Below are positions 40,687 through 52,673 of a stretch of DNA of 64,000 bases, piece by piece. The notes under the pieces were generated by a model. It ran no database searches and was not told the DNA's origin. It saw only the letters and a program-made list of their open reading frames with translations. Origin of the DNA: Eledone cirrhosa (Eukaryota); NCBI GenBank assembly GCA_964016885.1, contig OZ024745.1, positions 73,532,001-73,596,000 of the forward strand. Direction: 5' to 3'. A program made the position numbers and the translations under genes. Each line of letters opens with the position of its first letter. Positions within the stretch are counted from its first letter, which is position 1.

Positions 40687-40901
40687 GAATGCCATGGTTG
40701 ACGGAGGCTCGGCTCTGTAAGGTATAGTAATTTTTAACCGTTAAAACAATTGTAAATTGTTTAAAACTTGAACCAAATTGTTGATAAAGAAACCCTCCTC
40801 CTCGTGAGAGGGGTCTTTCTGTCCGTTATTTGGCCCTTCGGGGTTAAATAACAGCTTATTGGGGTTTTGTACCCAATATTCATTTTAAACAAAAAAACAA
40901 C

Positions 40902-43004
40902 ATGGCTACGAAAAAGAAATTTCATACGTCACTCCCACTCATTCCGTCTTCTTCTTCCTCAATCATCACTACAGCAGAGAGAAGATTGTCTCTCTCCCTC
41001 CCTTCTTTAAATGTGTCTCTCTCCCTCCCTTCTCTTTCGCAAGTGACGAAAGAAAAGAAAAGTCTAGTGCAAAGCGTGCAAGGTTTCTCCACAACGACTA
41101 CGACAGCGACGAAACAGGTGTGCGGGAAATACGAAAACCCAGTTCATTCGTCTGACGTCAGGAATAATAGCAGTAGCAGCCGTAATAACAACAGCAACAG
41201 TGACAATGAAAACAACAGTAGCAGCCGCAACAGCATCACCAGCAGCATAAACAACAACAGCATTAGCAGCAGCAACACCAACAACAACCACAGCAACAGC
41301 GGCGGAGGCAGTAGTCGTAGTACCTGCAGCAACAACAAAAGTAACAGCAGCTCTGACGACAACAACAACAACAACAGCAGCAAAGAAAAACCAATCTCGT
41401 TTGCAGGTATCGCGAAGAACCTGGAAACAATCCTCATAACAAATGAGGAATTAGAGGAAGCGAAGAAGATGGTGACAAAGACTGGACACCGAGCAATCTG
41501 CAAGGCAGCGGAAACATTTTTCGAAACCCAACAGCACTGTACGGTCACGTACCGTACAGTAAGTACAAAATCCCGTAGGGTGGAAAGAGCCACAGAGGCT
41601 CAGATACAAAAAGCCTTGGGGTCTGTGTGGCAGCGGAAAACGCACATCACCCGAGGCAAAAAATATGCCACCGTAGACGTACTTTTTGCCACACCCCAGG
41701 AGGCAAAGGCCCAATCAGTAGTGACCCTAAGGAGCGAGGAAATGGTGTTGGTGCCCTCCTACTGCGGGCAAAAAATTGTGAGGGTCAAACTGACCCACGT
41801 CCCCCCCGGAATGGCCCCTTCTTGGCTGGCCGCGTCTGTCCTCGTCGGAATCGAGGACAAAACAACTGTACTGCAAGTACAGAAAAAAGTAAGAGAAGAT
41901 TGGGTCGGCACCTCCATTGAGATGCTAATCCAAACCAACCAGGAGTGCATCGAAGCTATCCCGGATGTGATAGACTTCGATAACGGCACTCAACTGCCCA
42001 TAAGTGTTGAGGGCAAACGCCCGAAATGCTTTCGCTGTGGATCGAAGACTCACCTCAGGGCCTTCTGCAACGAGAAGACCCTGAGAAAGAAGAAAACCCC
42101 CCTCCTTCCGATCCCGGCTCCACGGCTACCAGCAACAGGACAAGCGGCAACCAGGAACGATAGGTCCGTGGCACCCATACCCACTCCACGGAAATCAAAA
42201 ACAGCAGCAGCAGTGGAAATATTAACAACAACAACAGCAATACCAAATGCAGCTGCAACAGAGACTCCAGTGCAAACATCACCAACAACAAGTGAAAGAG
42301 TGGAGCTGGTACCCCTCCCCGACCTCACAGAATCAGACATGGAGTGTGAGGTGGGAGAGGGATGGCAAAAGGTCGTAAGAAGGCACAAACGCAGAAGCAG
42401 CGCATCATCGCCTTTGAAAAGGGAGGAAAGAAATGAGAAAAGGGTAAAGTCTACTGCAAAGAGACACACAGCAGCAACACCACCAACACCATCACCACCC
42501 ACACTAGCACCACCATCACCACCGGCGACAACCCCACCGCCAACAACACCTTCAACACCACCACCACAAGCACCAACATCGCAAACACAACAACAAAACA
42601 CACACACCCAGCAACAACGACAAGAAAATAGCAGAACCACACCCCACCCCCAGAAAAACAAATGTACGGCAATAAATACACACAACAAGAAACTAATGAC
42701 TTACATAATTGAACACACAGACATTTCACAACAGGACTACATAATACCAGCACCAATCAAAACGCCAACTAACATAAGACTGCTAAAAATAGCACAGAAA
42801 CAATACACAAACATTAAAACGAAATTCCCCAACGCAGTTGGTGATTTCAGGGACCTAGGAGGAACCATCAATCGAAGAGTATATTCAGACATTCTCTTAG
42901 AAGAGCCGACGACCAGCCGAAGGGACGATTCAACGGTCCCTTCACCAGACGATCAAGTGAAAAGGGATGTAAAAACCATCCCTCCTCTACCAAAAGTACG
43001 GTAA
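40902..43004 (+). CDS. LINE ORF1 protein type A (putative RRM-like region, CCHC knuckle, Pro/Thr-rich linker), 700 aa
   Basis: Open frame directly upstream of APE-RT; zinc knuckle CFRCGSKTHLRAFC. Confidence 0.88.
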   Translation: MATKKKFHTSLPLIPSSSSSIITTAERRLSLSLPSLNVSLSLPSLSQVTKEKKSLVQSVQGFSTTTTTATKQVCGKYENPVHSSDVRNNSSSSRNNNSNSDNENNSSSRNSITSSINNNSISSSNTNNNHSNSGGGSSRSTCSNNKSNSSSDDNNNNNSSKEKPISFAGIAKNLETILITNEELEEAKKMVTKTGHRAICKAAETFFETQQHCTVTYRTVSTKSRRVERATEAQIQKALGSVWQRKTHITRGKKYATVDVLFATPQEAKAQSVVTLRSEEMVLVPSYCGQKIVRVKLTHVPPGMAPSWLAASVLVGIEDKTTVLQVQKKVREDWVGTSIEMLIQTNQECIEAIPDVIDFDNGTQLPISVEGKRPKCFRCGSKTHLRAFCNEKTLRKKKTPLLPIPAPRLPATGQAATRNDRSVAPIPTPRKSKTAAAVEILTTTTAIPNAAATETPVQTSPTTSERVELVPLPDLTESDMECEVGEGWQKVVRRHKRRSSASSPLKREERNEKRVKSTAKRHTAATPPTPSPPTLAPPSPPATTPPPTTPSTPPPQAPTSQTQQQNTHTQQQRQENSRTTPHPQKNKCTAINTHNKKLMTYIIEHTDISQQDYIIPAPIKTPTNIRLLKIAQKQYTNIKTKFPNAVGDFRDLGGTINRRVYSDILLEEPTTSRRDDSTVPSPDDQVKRDVKTIPPLPKVR

Positions 43005-43039
43005 GTGGTCTTTCCCATCTTTTCCACTCTATTTTAAAC

Positions 43040-46000
43040 ATGACCTCACTCAGAATAGGCAGCATAAATGCGCGTGGCTTGGGGTCGTCATGGAAGCAGG
43101 GCCACCTGCTCAATGACCTCAGGTCACTAAACATAGATGTAGTGGCCATCAGCGAGACCAGAATCTCCGAAGCACAGGCCTTCGCACAGATCTTCGGCGG
43201 CTACGATGTGTACGCATCTCCCAGCCGTCCTGGATCGGGTGGAGGAGTTGCTGTGCTTTTTCTGAGAGGTTTGGATCTCGCCATACGGGCCATCTTCCTG
43301 GACCCAGAGGGTAAGCTGGTGGTGCTGGACGTGACCAGCGGAGACGGGCAAGCTTTCAGGCTAGTGGCCGTCTATGCCCCGACAGGAGCAGGGCGGCCTG
43401 ATTTCTTCCGGCGTCTGGAGACCTTTCTTGGAACGTCCCGCTCTTTAGTGTTATTGGGCGAGTGGAACGGGATCTTAGATGCACGCTGGGACTGTGTGGG
43501 ATTAGCGGATAGGGGTGGAGGGTGCAAGAGCCTCACCAACCTGCTCAGGCGTTTTGAACTGTCTGACAGGTACCGATTGGATTTCCCGAATGTGCCAATG
43601 TGGACTTGGACAAACCGCATAGGGTCATCCAGATCATATCTAGATAGAGTATTTTGTAGGGAAATAGATAGGTCTAGCATAGGCTGTCCACAATTCAAGA
43701 TAGTCAGCTACACGGACCACAAATTCGTGATCTGTGTGCTTGACTTAGATAGGCTTCATAGACAAGGAGCCGGCTACTGGAAGCTAAACGCGTCCTTACC
43801 AGCGCGCAAGGCCTACAGAGACCGGATTAGCGAACTAGTTAAGCGGGCGTTGACGGGGGCCATCGTCAACAACAAGTGGTGGTTTGCTCTGAAAAGAGCG
43901 ATTAGAATAGAATCGATTAGGTTTAGTAAGGCTTTAGCAATAGAGAAAAATAGAGCAGAGGGAGAACTAGTTAGAAAATTAGACGAGGCGCTTAGCAAAG
44001 GCATTGCGACCGACGTGCTTGCGGCGAAATTGGCCCTTGACCAATTCTTCAATGCAAAGCACGAAGGCTGCGTTGTCAGAGCAAGGGTGCGTGCTCTCAG
44101 ACACGAGGGGACGAAAGCGTTCAATGGGCCCGAGTGGCGGAGGCGCGTCGTGGCAACAAAGCCACGATCCGGTCTTTGGTGGACCACGACGGGCGCATGC
44201 TACTCGATCCCGGGCAAATGTGTGAAGCTTTTCAGCGACACTTCGCTCAGCTGTTCGGGGGCAGCGGTGGGCCGGGTCGAGGGATGGACTTTAGTGTCTA
44301 CCTCGACGGACTGCCGCGGCTCTCGGCCACTGAGGCGAAGTGTTGCGAAAAGCCGATAACAGCCGCTGAAGTAAGGGAGGCAATGACTGGCTGCACAAGG
44401 GGTAAATCGCCTGGTTTGGATGGTCTGCCCTATGAACTTTACGTACAGATGCCACACTTGTTCGGAGGCCTCTTGACGGACGTCTACTGCAAATGGCAAC
44501 AGAACGGGAGAATTCCCAGTTCTGTGAGCCGAGGAGCGGTGGCACTGCTGAGAAAGGATCCGAACAAGGGGGATAACATAGACAATTTCCGGCCCATAAC
44601 TCTGCTAAACACAGAGTTCAAGATTTTGGCCAAGGTGCTAGCAAAGAGGTTGGCGCTTGTCGTTGGTGGTCAGGTGGGAGAGGCGCAGACATGCGCCATT
44701 CCCGACAGATCCATCCACGACAACCTCCACCTCATGCGATACATCATAGAGAGGGTAGCTAAGGAACCTGGCACGGTTGGGTCCTTGATCAATTTAGATC
44801 AGTCGAAAGCTTTCGATAGGGTCGACCATCGTTACCTAGCGGCAGTCCTGAGGGCGGCTGGCTTTGGGCCCGTCTTCAGAGGCTGGATCGCTGCCATGCA
44901 CAGCGACATCTGCTCTGTGGTGAGAGTGAACGGTCACCTGTCGGAACCGTTCAACATCATGCGCTCGGTCCGCCAAGGATGTCCCCTCTCGTCCCTCTTG
45001 TACGTATTGACTCTCGAGCCATTACTGCACAAACTGGAGACGTTGAGGGGAGTCCCGCGCGAACTAGGATGCGGAAGATCCGTGTCAGCATATGCGGACG
45101 ATGTCACCGTAGTGGTGTCGAACGCCAAACACATCGAGGCGATCGGCACTACACTAAGAGAATACGAAGCGGTGACAGGAGCAATGATCAACCAGGAAAA
45201 GTCAGTGGGCCTGCAGCTCGGCACCTGGAGAGGCAGGTCCATGCCGTCCAACAGCGTCGTCGGGCGCTGGACGGACGGACCGGTTAAATTGCTAGGGGTC
45301 TGGTTCGGTCCGGACCTCCAGACGGACAAAAGCTGGGACGAGGTGACGAGCAGGGTGGCTTCTCTCACCCAGAAATGGGCGGAGAGGAAGCTATCCCTGA
45401 AAGGTCGAGCGGGGGGTGGCTAACGCGTACATCGCGTCTGTCATCTGCTACCGCCTAACCGTCGTACCTTGTCCTAAGCCTCGCCTGACTGCGCTGGAGC
45501 ATTTGCTCTTTCGCTTTTTGTGGAAGGGACGTGCTCCGATGGTCAGGCGGTCCATCTGTTGTCAACACCCGCTACGTGGAGGGCTGGGCATGCCGTGGCT
45601 GATGATGCGCAGGCACGCGCTCAGGCTACGACATCTCCACCTCTTCCTCGACGGTGATCAGGTGTGGTCGCCGTTTGCTAGACGCTTTTTTCCCCAGCTC
45701 GTTTCCTTGACGGAGCTGCAGTCCTGGGTCAAGCGAAGACCGAGAGGGAGCGCCTAGAGACTGGAATGTCTTCAGGTGCTCACAGCCCTCGACCAATCGG
45801 GCAATGTGATCGGTGGAAACTCCACCTCGGCGTTCTATAGAGGATTAGTGGAGGGGAAGAGCGACGACGTACTTGGGGAAACTCTAGGCGTCGACGAAAA
45901 TCAACTAGCCAATCTCTTCGGAAGAACTTTCGGGCCAGGGCCTATGGACAACTTCCAGAAATCTCTGGCCTGGCAGTGCTACCGAGGAGCCTTGCCAGTT

Positions 46001-46459
46001 CGGGATAAACTCTACAGGCATGGAGGTGCCGTCAGCCGGGCATGTCCGAGATGCGCGCAGGGCGACGAAACCGTCCTGCACGCACTCGTCCAGTGTCCGA
46101 AAATTGCTGACTTGTGGGTTTATGTCGAACACCTGCTGTCGCGTTTAGGACGGATCCGGCTATCATCTGAGTCCATCGTGAGGATTGCCCCGCCCTCCTC
46201 CTTTAGCCGGGAAGGGCAGGCAGTTTTAATCTGCCTGGTGGCCATGGTGAAAGAGATAGTATGGTGGACACGTTTGAAAGGGCTGAAGACGAGCACTTAC
46301 CTCTTCGGTGATGCTCTGATTGACTTTTTCAAATTTCATTTGAAAAGGAAAATCAGAGTAGAGAGGGAAGTGCTCTCTTCCCAGCATTTTGTTGAAAGAT
46401 GGGTGAGAGAAGCAAGAATGGCCCGAGTGAATGGGCCTACTCTGAGTATATATCTGTAA
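43040..46459 (+). pseudogene. ORF2 APE-RT-CCHC, disrupted
   Basis: SINARGL, ISETR, YAP, SYLDR, TDH, WKLN; KSPGLDG, FRPITLLN, DQSKAFDRV, QGCPLS, AYADD; CPRC..H..C. Breaks near 44118, 45415 and 45755. Confidence 0.92.
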
Positions 46460-46945
46460 ATTAAAGGTGGAAAACTGGGAGAGGGCACTTGCCTTGGTGG
46501 TCAGGGTCATTGTGGCTTTTTACTGGGCTTTCTCCACAAATGTCCCTCCGAAGTCTCCCCCCTATTGGGGAATTTTTCATTGTTATTTTTTGTTACATCC
46601 TCTGTTTTTGTTTTTTACACGCAGAAATGCCCATTTGTACCGTCCTGCATTGTCCTGCACTGTCCTTAATGTCTACTTTATGTAAACCCTTGTGGTTAAT
46701 AAAGAAATCATTATTATTATTATTATTATTATTATTGGCGACCTACGTAGGAAATCGTATTATCGTGAGCTCCGCAAAGGTTTGTTATTTCCGTTTGTTT
46801 AAAAATTGCCATTTATGGAAAATTTTATTGTAAACTGTTTATAAGCACACATACATTGTTTTCCGAAAAGGACACCCAAAAAGATTGGGGCCTTGTGCCC
46901 AAAATTTTAACTTTTATTATTATCCAAAAATTTCTTTGAAAAAAA

Positions 46946-48933
46946 ATGGCTAATTCCCCTCTGCACGAAGCAGCTGAAAGCCTTCCTCACAAAATAACAC
47001 CTCACACCGACACCACCATTGTAAATGTTACTACGTTTGCCAACACAAAAAAAAAAAATATAAGCAGTAGCAATATTTTAAATTTGTCTCAGGCAGACAT
47101 TCATTTCCCGCCATTACCAATGACTGCAGGTGTTAAACCCTCCACCACCACCACCACCACCGCGACAACCCCCACCCCCACCACCACCGCGACAACAGAA
47201 ACAAAAGAAGAAAAAAATAAATTAACTCGTGACGTCGAAATGAAATCAAGCAAAATGGACTCTTCCCCACCAATGACGACTGACGTCACCACCACCACAA
47301 CTGAAAATAAAATTAATATTAACGATAGCAACAACAACAACAATGACATTATAAAACCGACCCTCAGTTTCGCCATCGTAGCAAAACAATTCGAAGCGTT
47401 CACGGTAACTCAAGAAGATTTAGAAAATGCCAAACAAATGGTAAAGAAAGATGGGTACAGGGTCAGCCCCCCCCACCTAATAAAATGGAGCATCGGCGCC
47501 TGTGCACCGTGTCGTATAGAACAATAAATGTAAAATCGCGCCGAGTGGAACGGGCATCCGAGTCCCAAATCCAAAAAGCTTTGGGACATGTGTGGGCAAG
47601 AAAAACCCACATCAGACGTGGGCAAAAGTATGGAACCGTGGATGTGTTCTTTGAAACACCAGAGGAGGCTAGAGAACACTCCATGGCCCCATTAAAAAGT
47701 GACGACCTCACACTCATCCCAAGCTATTGTGGCCAGAGACTCGTAAAGATCAGGGTGACCCACGTTCCACCGGCCATCGAAATTCCATGGTTAATAGCGG
47801 CTGTCCTCGCCGGCATCGAAGCCAACACGAAAATAATAGCAGTAGCAAAAGAAAAGCAGGAAAACTGGTCCGGATCTGGGATGGAGCTCCTGATCCAAGC
47901 GGACCAAAAAAGCATTGAGGAGATCCCAGAGGTAATAGACCTCACTGACGGCAGCCACCTCACGGTAATTGTCGAGGGCAGAAGACCTAGGTGTGTCGTT
48001 TGTGGTGAAGGAACCCACCTAAGGGCTTTCTGCCCTCAGGCTAAAAGGTTGAGGCCACCTCTCCTACCCACCCCAGTGACACAACCATCAACACCACCAG
48101 TAGCAGAGATGGCAGCAACAACTGTAGCAGCAACAACAGAAGTAACTATAACAGCAACAACCCCAGCAACAGTAGCAAAACCAACACCACTACCACCACC
48201 AGCAAAACCAACACCACCACCACCCAACGCTTCAGAACTAGCACCAGCGCCTACACCATCCACCACACCACAACCAAAACTAACGGCTGTGGAGGATTTT
48301 CCACTCCCCGGCCTATCACAACTGGAGACAGATTGTGACGACGAGGAGTGGGAAACGATATCCGGAAAAAAAAAAGAAACCAAAAAAGAAAAAAATTCTC
48401 TTCCTTCTCCCTCCAAAAACAAAACACAGAGGGAAACAAATAAACTAAGAAACAAAAAAGTTAGGACAGATATGCCACCATCCACACCAGCATCACCAAC
48501 CCCATCAACCCAAACACCAACACCATCACCATCATTAACTCCAACACCACCATCACCTACACCACAAAAGTCACCAAAATGCGAAACAGAAACAAACCCA
48601 CAACAAACGCAAACAAAACAAAACAACCAAAACGATACACACTACACAGCATTAAATTTGAACAACAAGCAATTATTACACTACATCCAACACAACACCA
48701 GCATCACAGAAAAAGACTACACAACAACCCAAAAATTCACACCACCTCCACACATACAAATCACTCGCATCACACAGAAAACGTACATGACACTAAAACA
48801 AAAATTCCCAAAAGACATCGGAGACTTCCGACAAGCACTCTCCAGGAGGATTTATAAGGACATCCTTCCTGAGGAGGCCACAAGCAGTGAAAAGGATGGA
48901 AAAGCCGTCCTTCCCCTACGAGAAGTAAGGTAA
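46946..48933 (+). pseudogene. LINE ORF1 type B, split by one frameshift in a C-run near 47470
   Basis: ORFs 46946-47527 and 47485-48933; knuckle CVVCGEGTHLRAFC; collinear with ORF1 type A. Confidence 0.85.
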
Positions 48934-48967
48934 GTGGTCTTTCCCATCTTTTCCACTCCTTTTCAAC

Positions 48968-51900
48968 ATGACCTCACTCAGAATAGGCAGCATAAATGCG
49001 CGTGGCTTGGGGTCGTCATGGAAGCAGGGCCACCTGCTCAACGACCTCAGGTCACTAAACATAGATGTAGTGGCCATCAGCGAGACCAGAATCTCCGAAG
49101 CACAGGCTTTCGCACCGATCTTCGGCGGCTACGATGTGTACGCATCTCCCAGCCGTCCGGGATCGGGGGGTGGAGTTGCTGTGCTTTTTCGGAGAGGTTT
49201 GGATCTTGCCATACGGGCCATCATCCTGGACCCAGAAGGTAAGTTGGTGGTGCTGGACGTGACCAGCGGAGACGGGCAAGCTTTCAGGTTAGTGGCCGTC
49301 TATGCCCCGACAGGAGCAGGGCGGCCTGATTTTTTCCGGCGTCTGGAGACCTTTCTTGGAACGTCCCGCTCTTTAGTGTTAGTGGGCGACTGGAACGGGA
49401 TCTTAGATGCACGCTGGGATTGTGTGGGATTAGTGGATAGGGAAGGAGTGTGCAAGAGTCTCACCAACCTGCTCAGACGTTTTGAACTGTCTGACAGGTA
49501 CCGAATGGATTTCCCGAATGTACCAATGTGGACTTGGACAAATCGCATAGGGTCATCCAGATCATATCTAGATAGAGTATTTTGTAGGGAAATAGATAGG
49601 TCTAGCATAGGCTGTCCACAATTCAAGATAGTCAGCTACACGGACCACAAATTCGTGATCTGTGTGCTTGACTTAGATAGGCTTCATAGACGAGGACCCG
49701 GCTACTGGAAGCTAAACGCGTCCTTACCAGCGCGCAAGGCCTACAGAGACCGGATTAGCGAACTAGTTAAGCGGGGGCCATCGTCAACAACAAGTGGTGG
49801 TTTGCTCTGAAAAGAGCAATTAGAATAGAGTCCATTAGGTTTAGTAAGACTTTAGCAATAGAGAAAAATAGAGCAGAGGGAGAATTAGTTAGAAAATTAG
49901 ATGAGGCGCTTAGCAAAGGCATCGCGACCGACGTACTTGCGGCGAAATTGGCCCTTGACCAATTCTTCAATGCAAAGCACGAAGGCTGCGTTGTCAGAGC
50001 TAGGGTGCGTGCTCTCAGACACGAGGGGACGAAAGCCGTTCAATGGGCCCGAGTGGCGGAGGCGCGTCGTGGCAACAAAGCCACGATCCGGTCTTTGGTG
50101 GACCACGACGGGCGCATGCTACTCGATCCCGGGCAAATGTGTGAAGCTTTTCAGCGACACTTCGCTCAACTGTTCGGGGGCAGTGGCGGGCCGGATCGAG
50201 GGATGGACTTTAGTGTCTACCTCGACGGACTGCCGCGGCTTTCGGCCACTGAGGCGGAGTGTTGCGAAAAGCCGATAACAACCGCTGAAGTACGGGATGC
50301 AATGACTAGTTGCACAAGGGGTAAATCGCCTGGTTTGGATGGTCTGCCCTATGAACTTTACGTACAAATGCCAAACTTGTTCGGAGGCCTCTTGGCGGAC
50401 GTCTACTGCAACTGGCAACAGAACGGGAGAATTCCCAGCTCTGTGAGCCGAGGAGCGGTGGCGCTGCTGAGAAAGGATCCGAACAAGGGGGATAACATAG
50501 ATAATTTTAGGCCCATAACTCTGCTAAACACAGAGTTCAAGATTTTGGCCAAGGTGCTAGCAAAGAGGTTGGCGCTTGTCGTTGGTGGTCTGGTGGGAGA
50601 GGCACAGACATGCGCCATTCCCGACAGATCCATCCACGACAACCTCCACCTCATGCGATACATCGTAGAGAGAGTAGCTAGGGAACCTGGCACGGGTGGG
50701 TCTTTGATCAATTTAGATCAGTCGAAAGCCTTCGATAGGGTCGACCATCGTTACCTAACGGCAGTCCTGAGGGCGGCTGGCTTTGGGCCCGTCTTCAGAG
50801 GCTGGATCGCTGCCATGCACAGCGACATCTGCTCTGTAGTGAGAGTGAACGGTCACCTTTCGGAACCGTTCAACATCATGCGCTCGGTCCGCCAAGAATG
50901 TCCCCTCTCCTCCCTATTGTACGTATTGACTCTCGAGCCATTACTGCACAAACTGGAGACGTTGAGGGGGGTCCCGCGCGAACTAGGATGCGGAAGATCC
51001 GTGTTAGCATATGCCGACGATGTCACCGTAGTGGTGTCGAACGCCAAACACATCGAGGCGATCGGCACTACACTAAGAGAATACGAAGCGGTGACAGGAG
51101 CAATGATCAACCAGGAAAAGTCAGTGGGCCTGCAGCTCGGCACCTGGAGAGGCAGGTCCATGCCGTCCAACAGCGTCGTCGGGCGCTGGACGGACGGACC
51201 GGTTAAATTGCTAGGGGTCTGGTTCGGTCCAGACCTCCAGACGGACAAAAACTGGGACGATGTGACGATCAGGGTGGCTTCTCTCACCCAGAAATGGGCC
51301 GAGAGGAAGCTATCCCTGAAAGGTCGAGCGGAGGTGGCGAATGCGTACATCGCATCCGTCATCTACTACCGCCTGACCGTCGTACCTTGTCCTAAGCCCC
51401 GCCTGACTGCGCTGGAGCGTTTGCTCTTTCGCTTCTTGTGGAAGGGACGCGCTCCGATGGTCAGGCGGTCCATCTGCTGTCAACACCCGCTACGTGGAGG
51501 GCTGGGCATGCCGTGGCTGATGATGCGCAGACACGCGCTCAGGCTACGACATCTCCACCTCTTCCTCGACGGTGATCAGGTGTGGTCGCCGTTTGCAAGA
51601 CGCGTTTTTCCCCAGCTCGTCTCCTTGACGGAGCTGCAGTCCTGGGTCAAGCGAAGACCGAGAGGGAGCGCTTGGAGACTGGAATGTCTTCAGGCGCTCA
51701 CAGCCCTCGACCAATCGGGCAATGTGATCGGTGGAAACTCCACCTTGGCGTTCTATATGGGATTAGTGGAGGGGAAGAGCGACGACGTACTTGGAGAAAC
51801 TCTAGGCGTCGACGAAAATCAACTAGCCAATCTCTTCGGAAGGACTTTCGGGCCGGGGCCTATGGACAACTTCCAGAAATCCCTGGCCTGGCAGTGCTAC

Positions 51901-52377
51901 CGAGGAGCTTTGCCAGTTCGGGATAAACTCTACAGGCATGGAGGTACCGTCAGCCGGGCATGTCCGAGATGCGCGCAGGGCGACGAAACCGTCCTGCACG
52001 CACTCGTCCAGTGTCCGAGCATTGCTGACTTGTGGGTTTATGTCGAACACCTGCTGTCACGTGTAGGACGGATCCAGCTATCAGCTGAGTCCATCGTGAG
52101 GATTGCCCCGCCCCCTTCCTTTAGCCTGGAAGGGCAGGCAGTTTTTATCTGTCTGGTGGCCATGGCGAAAGAGATAGTATGGTGGACACGTTTGAAAGGG
52201 CTGAAGACGAGCACTTACCTCTTCGGTGATGCCCTGATTAACTTTTTCAAATTTCATTTGAAAAGGAAAATCAGGGTAGAGAGGGAAGTGCTCTCTTCCC
52301 AGCATTTTGTTGAAAGATGGGTGAGAGAAGCAAGTATGGCCCGAATGAATGGGCCTTCTCTGAGTATGTGTCTGTAA
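48968..52377 (+). pseudogene. ORF2 APE-RT-CCHC, one 10-nt deletion near 49775
   Basis: ORFs 48968-49810 and 49948-52377 with all APE/RT motifs (QGCP reads QECP here). Confidence 0.92.
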
Positions 52378-52621
52378 ATTAAAGGTGGAAAACTGGGAGA
52401 GGGCACTTGCCCTGGTGGTCAGGGCCACTGTGGTCTTTTAATGGGCTTTCTCCACAAATGTCCCTTGGAAGTCTCCCCCCTATTGGGGAATTTTTCTTTG
52501 TTATTTTTATTTCAACCTCTGTTTTTTTACACGCAGAAATGCCCATTTGTACCGTCCTGTATTGTCCTGTACTGTCCTTAATGTCTACTTTATGTGAACC
52601 CTTGTGGTTAATAAAGAAAAA

Positions 52622-52673
<52 letters not shown>

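Larger units (their letters stand above)
40687..46736 (+). mobile_element. Tx1/L1-clade LINE, unit 2 (full-length, ORF1 type A)
   Basis: 5'UTR, intact ORF1, ORF2 with two frameshifts and one stop, 3'UTR, AATAAA and (TTA)n. Confidence 0.93.
46737..52673 (+). mobile_element. Tx1/L1-clade LINE, unit 3 (full-length, ORF1 type B)
   Basis: Different 5'UTR and ORF1 from unit 2, near-identical ORF2, (TTA)n tail. Confidence 0.93.
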
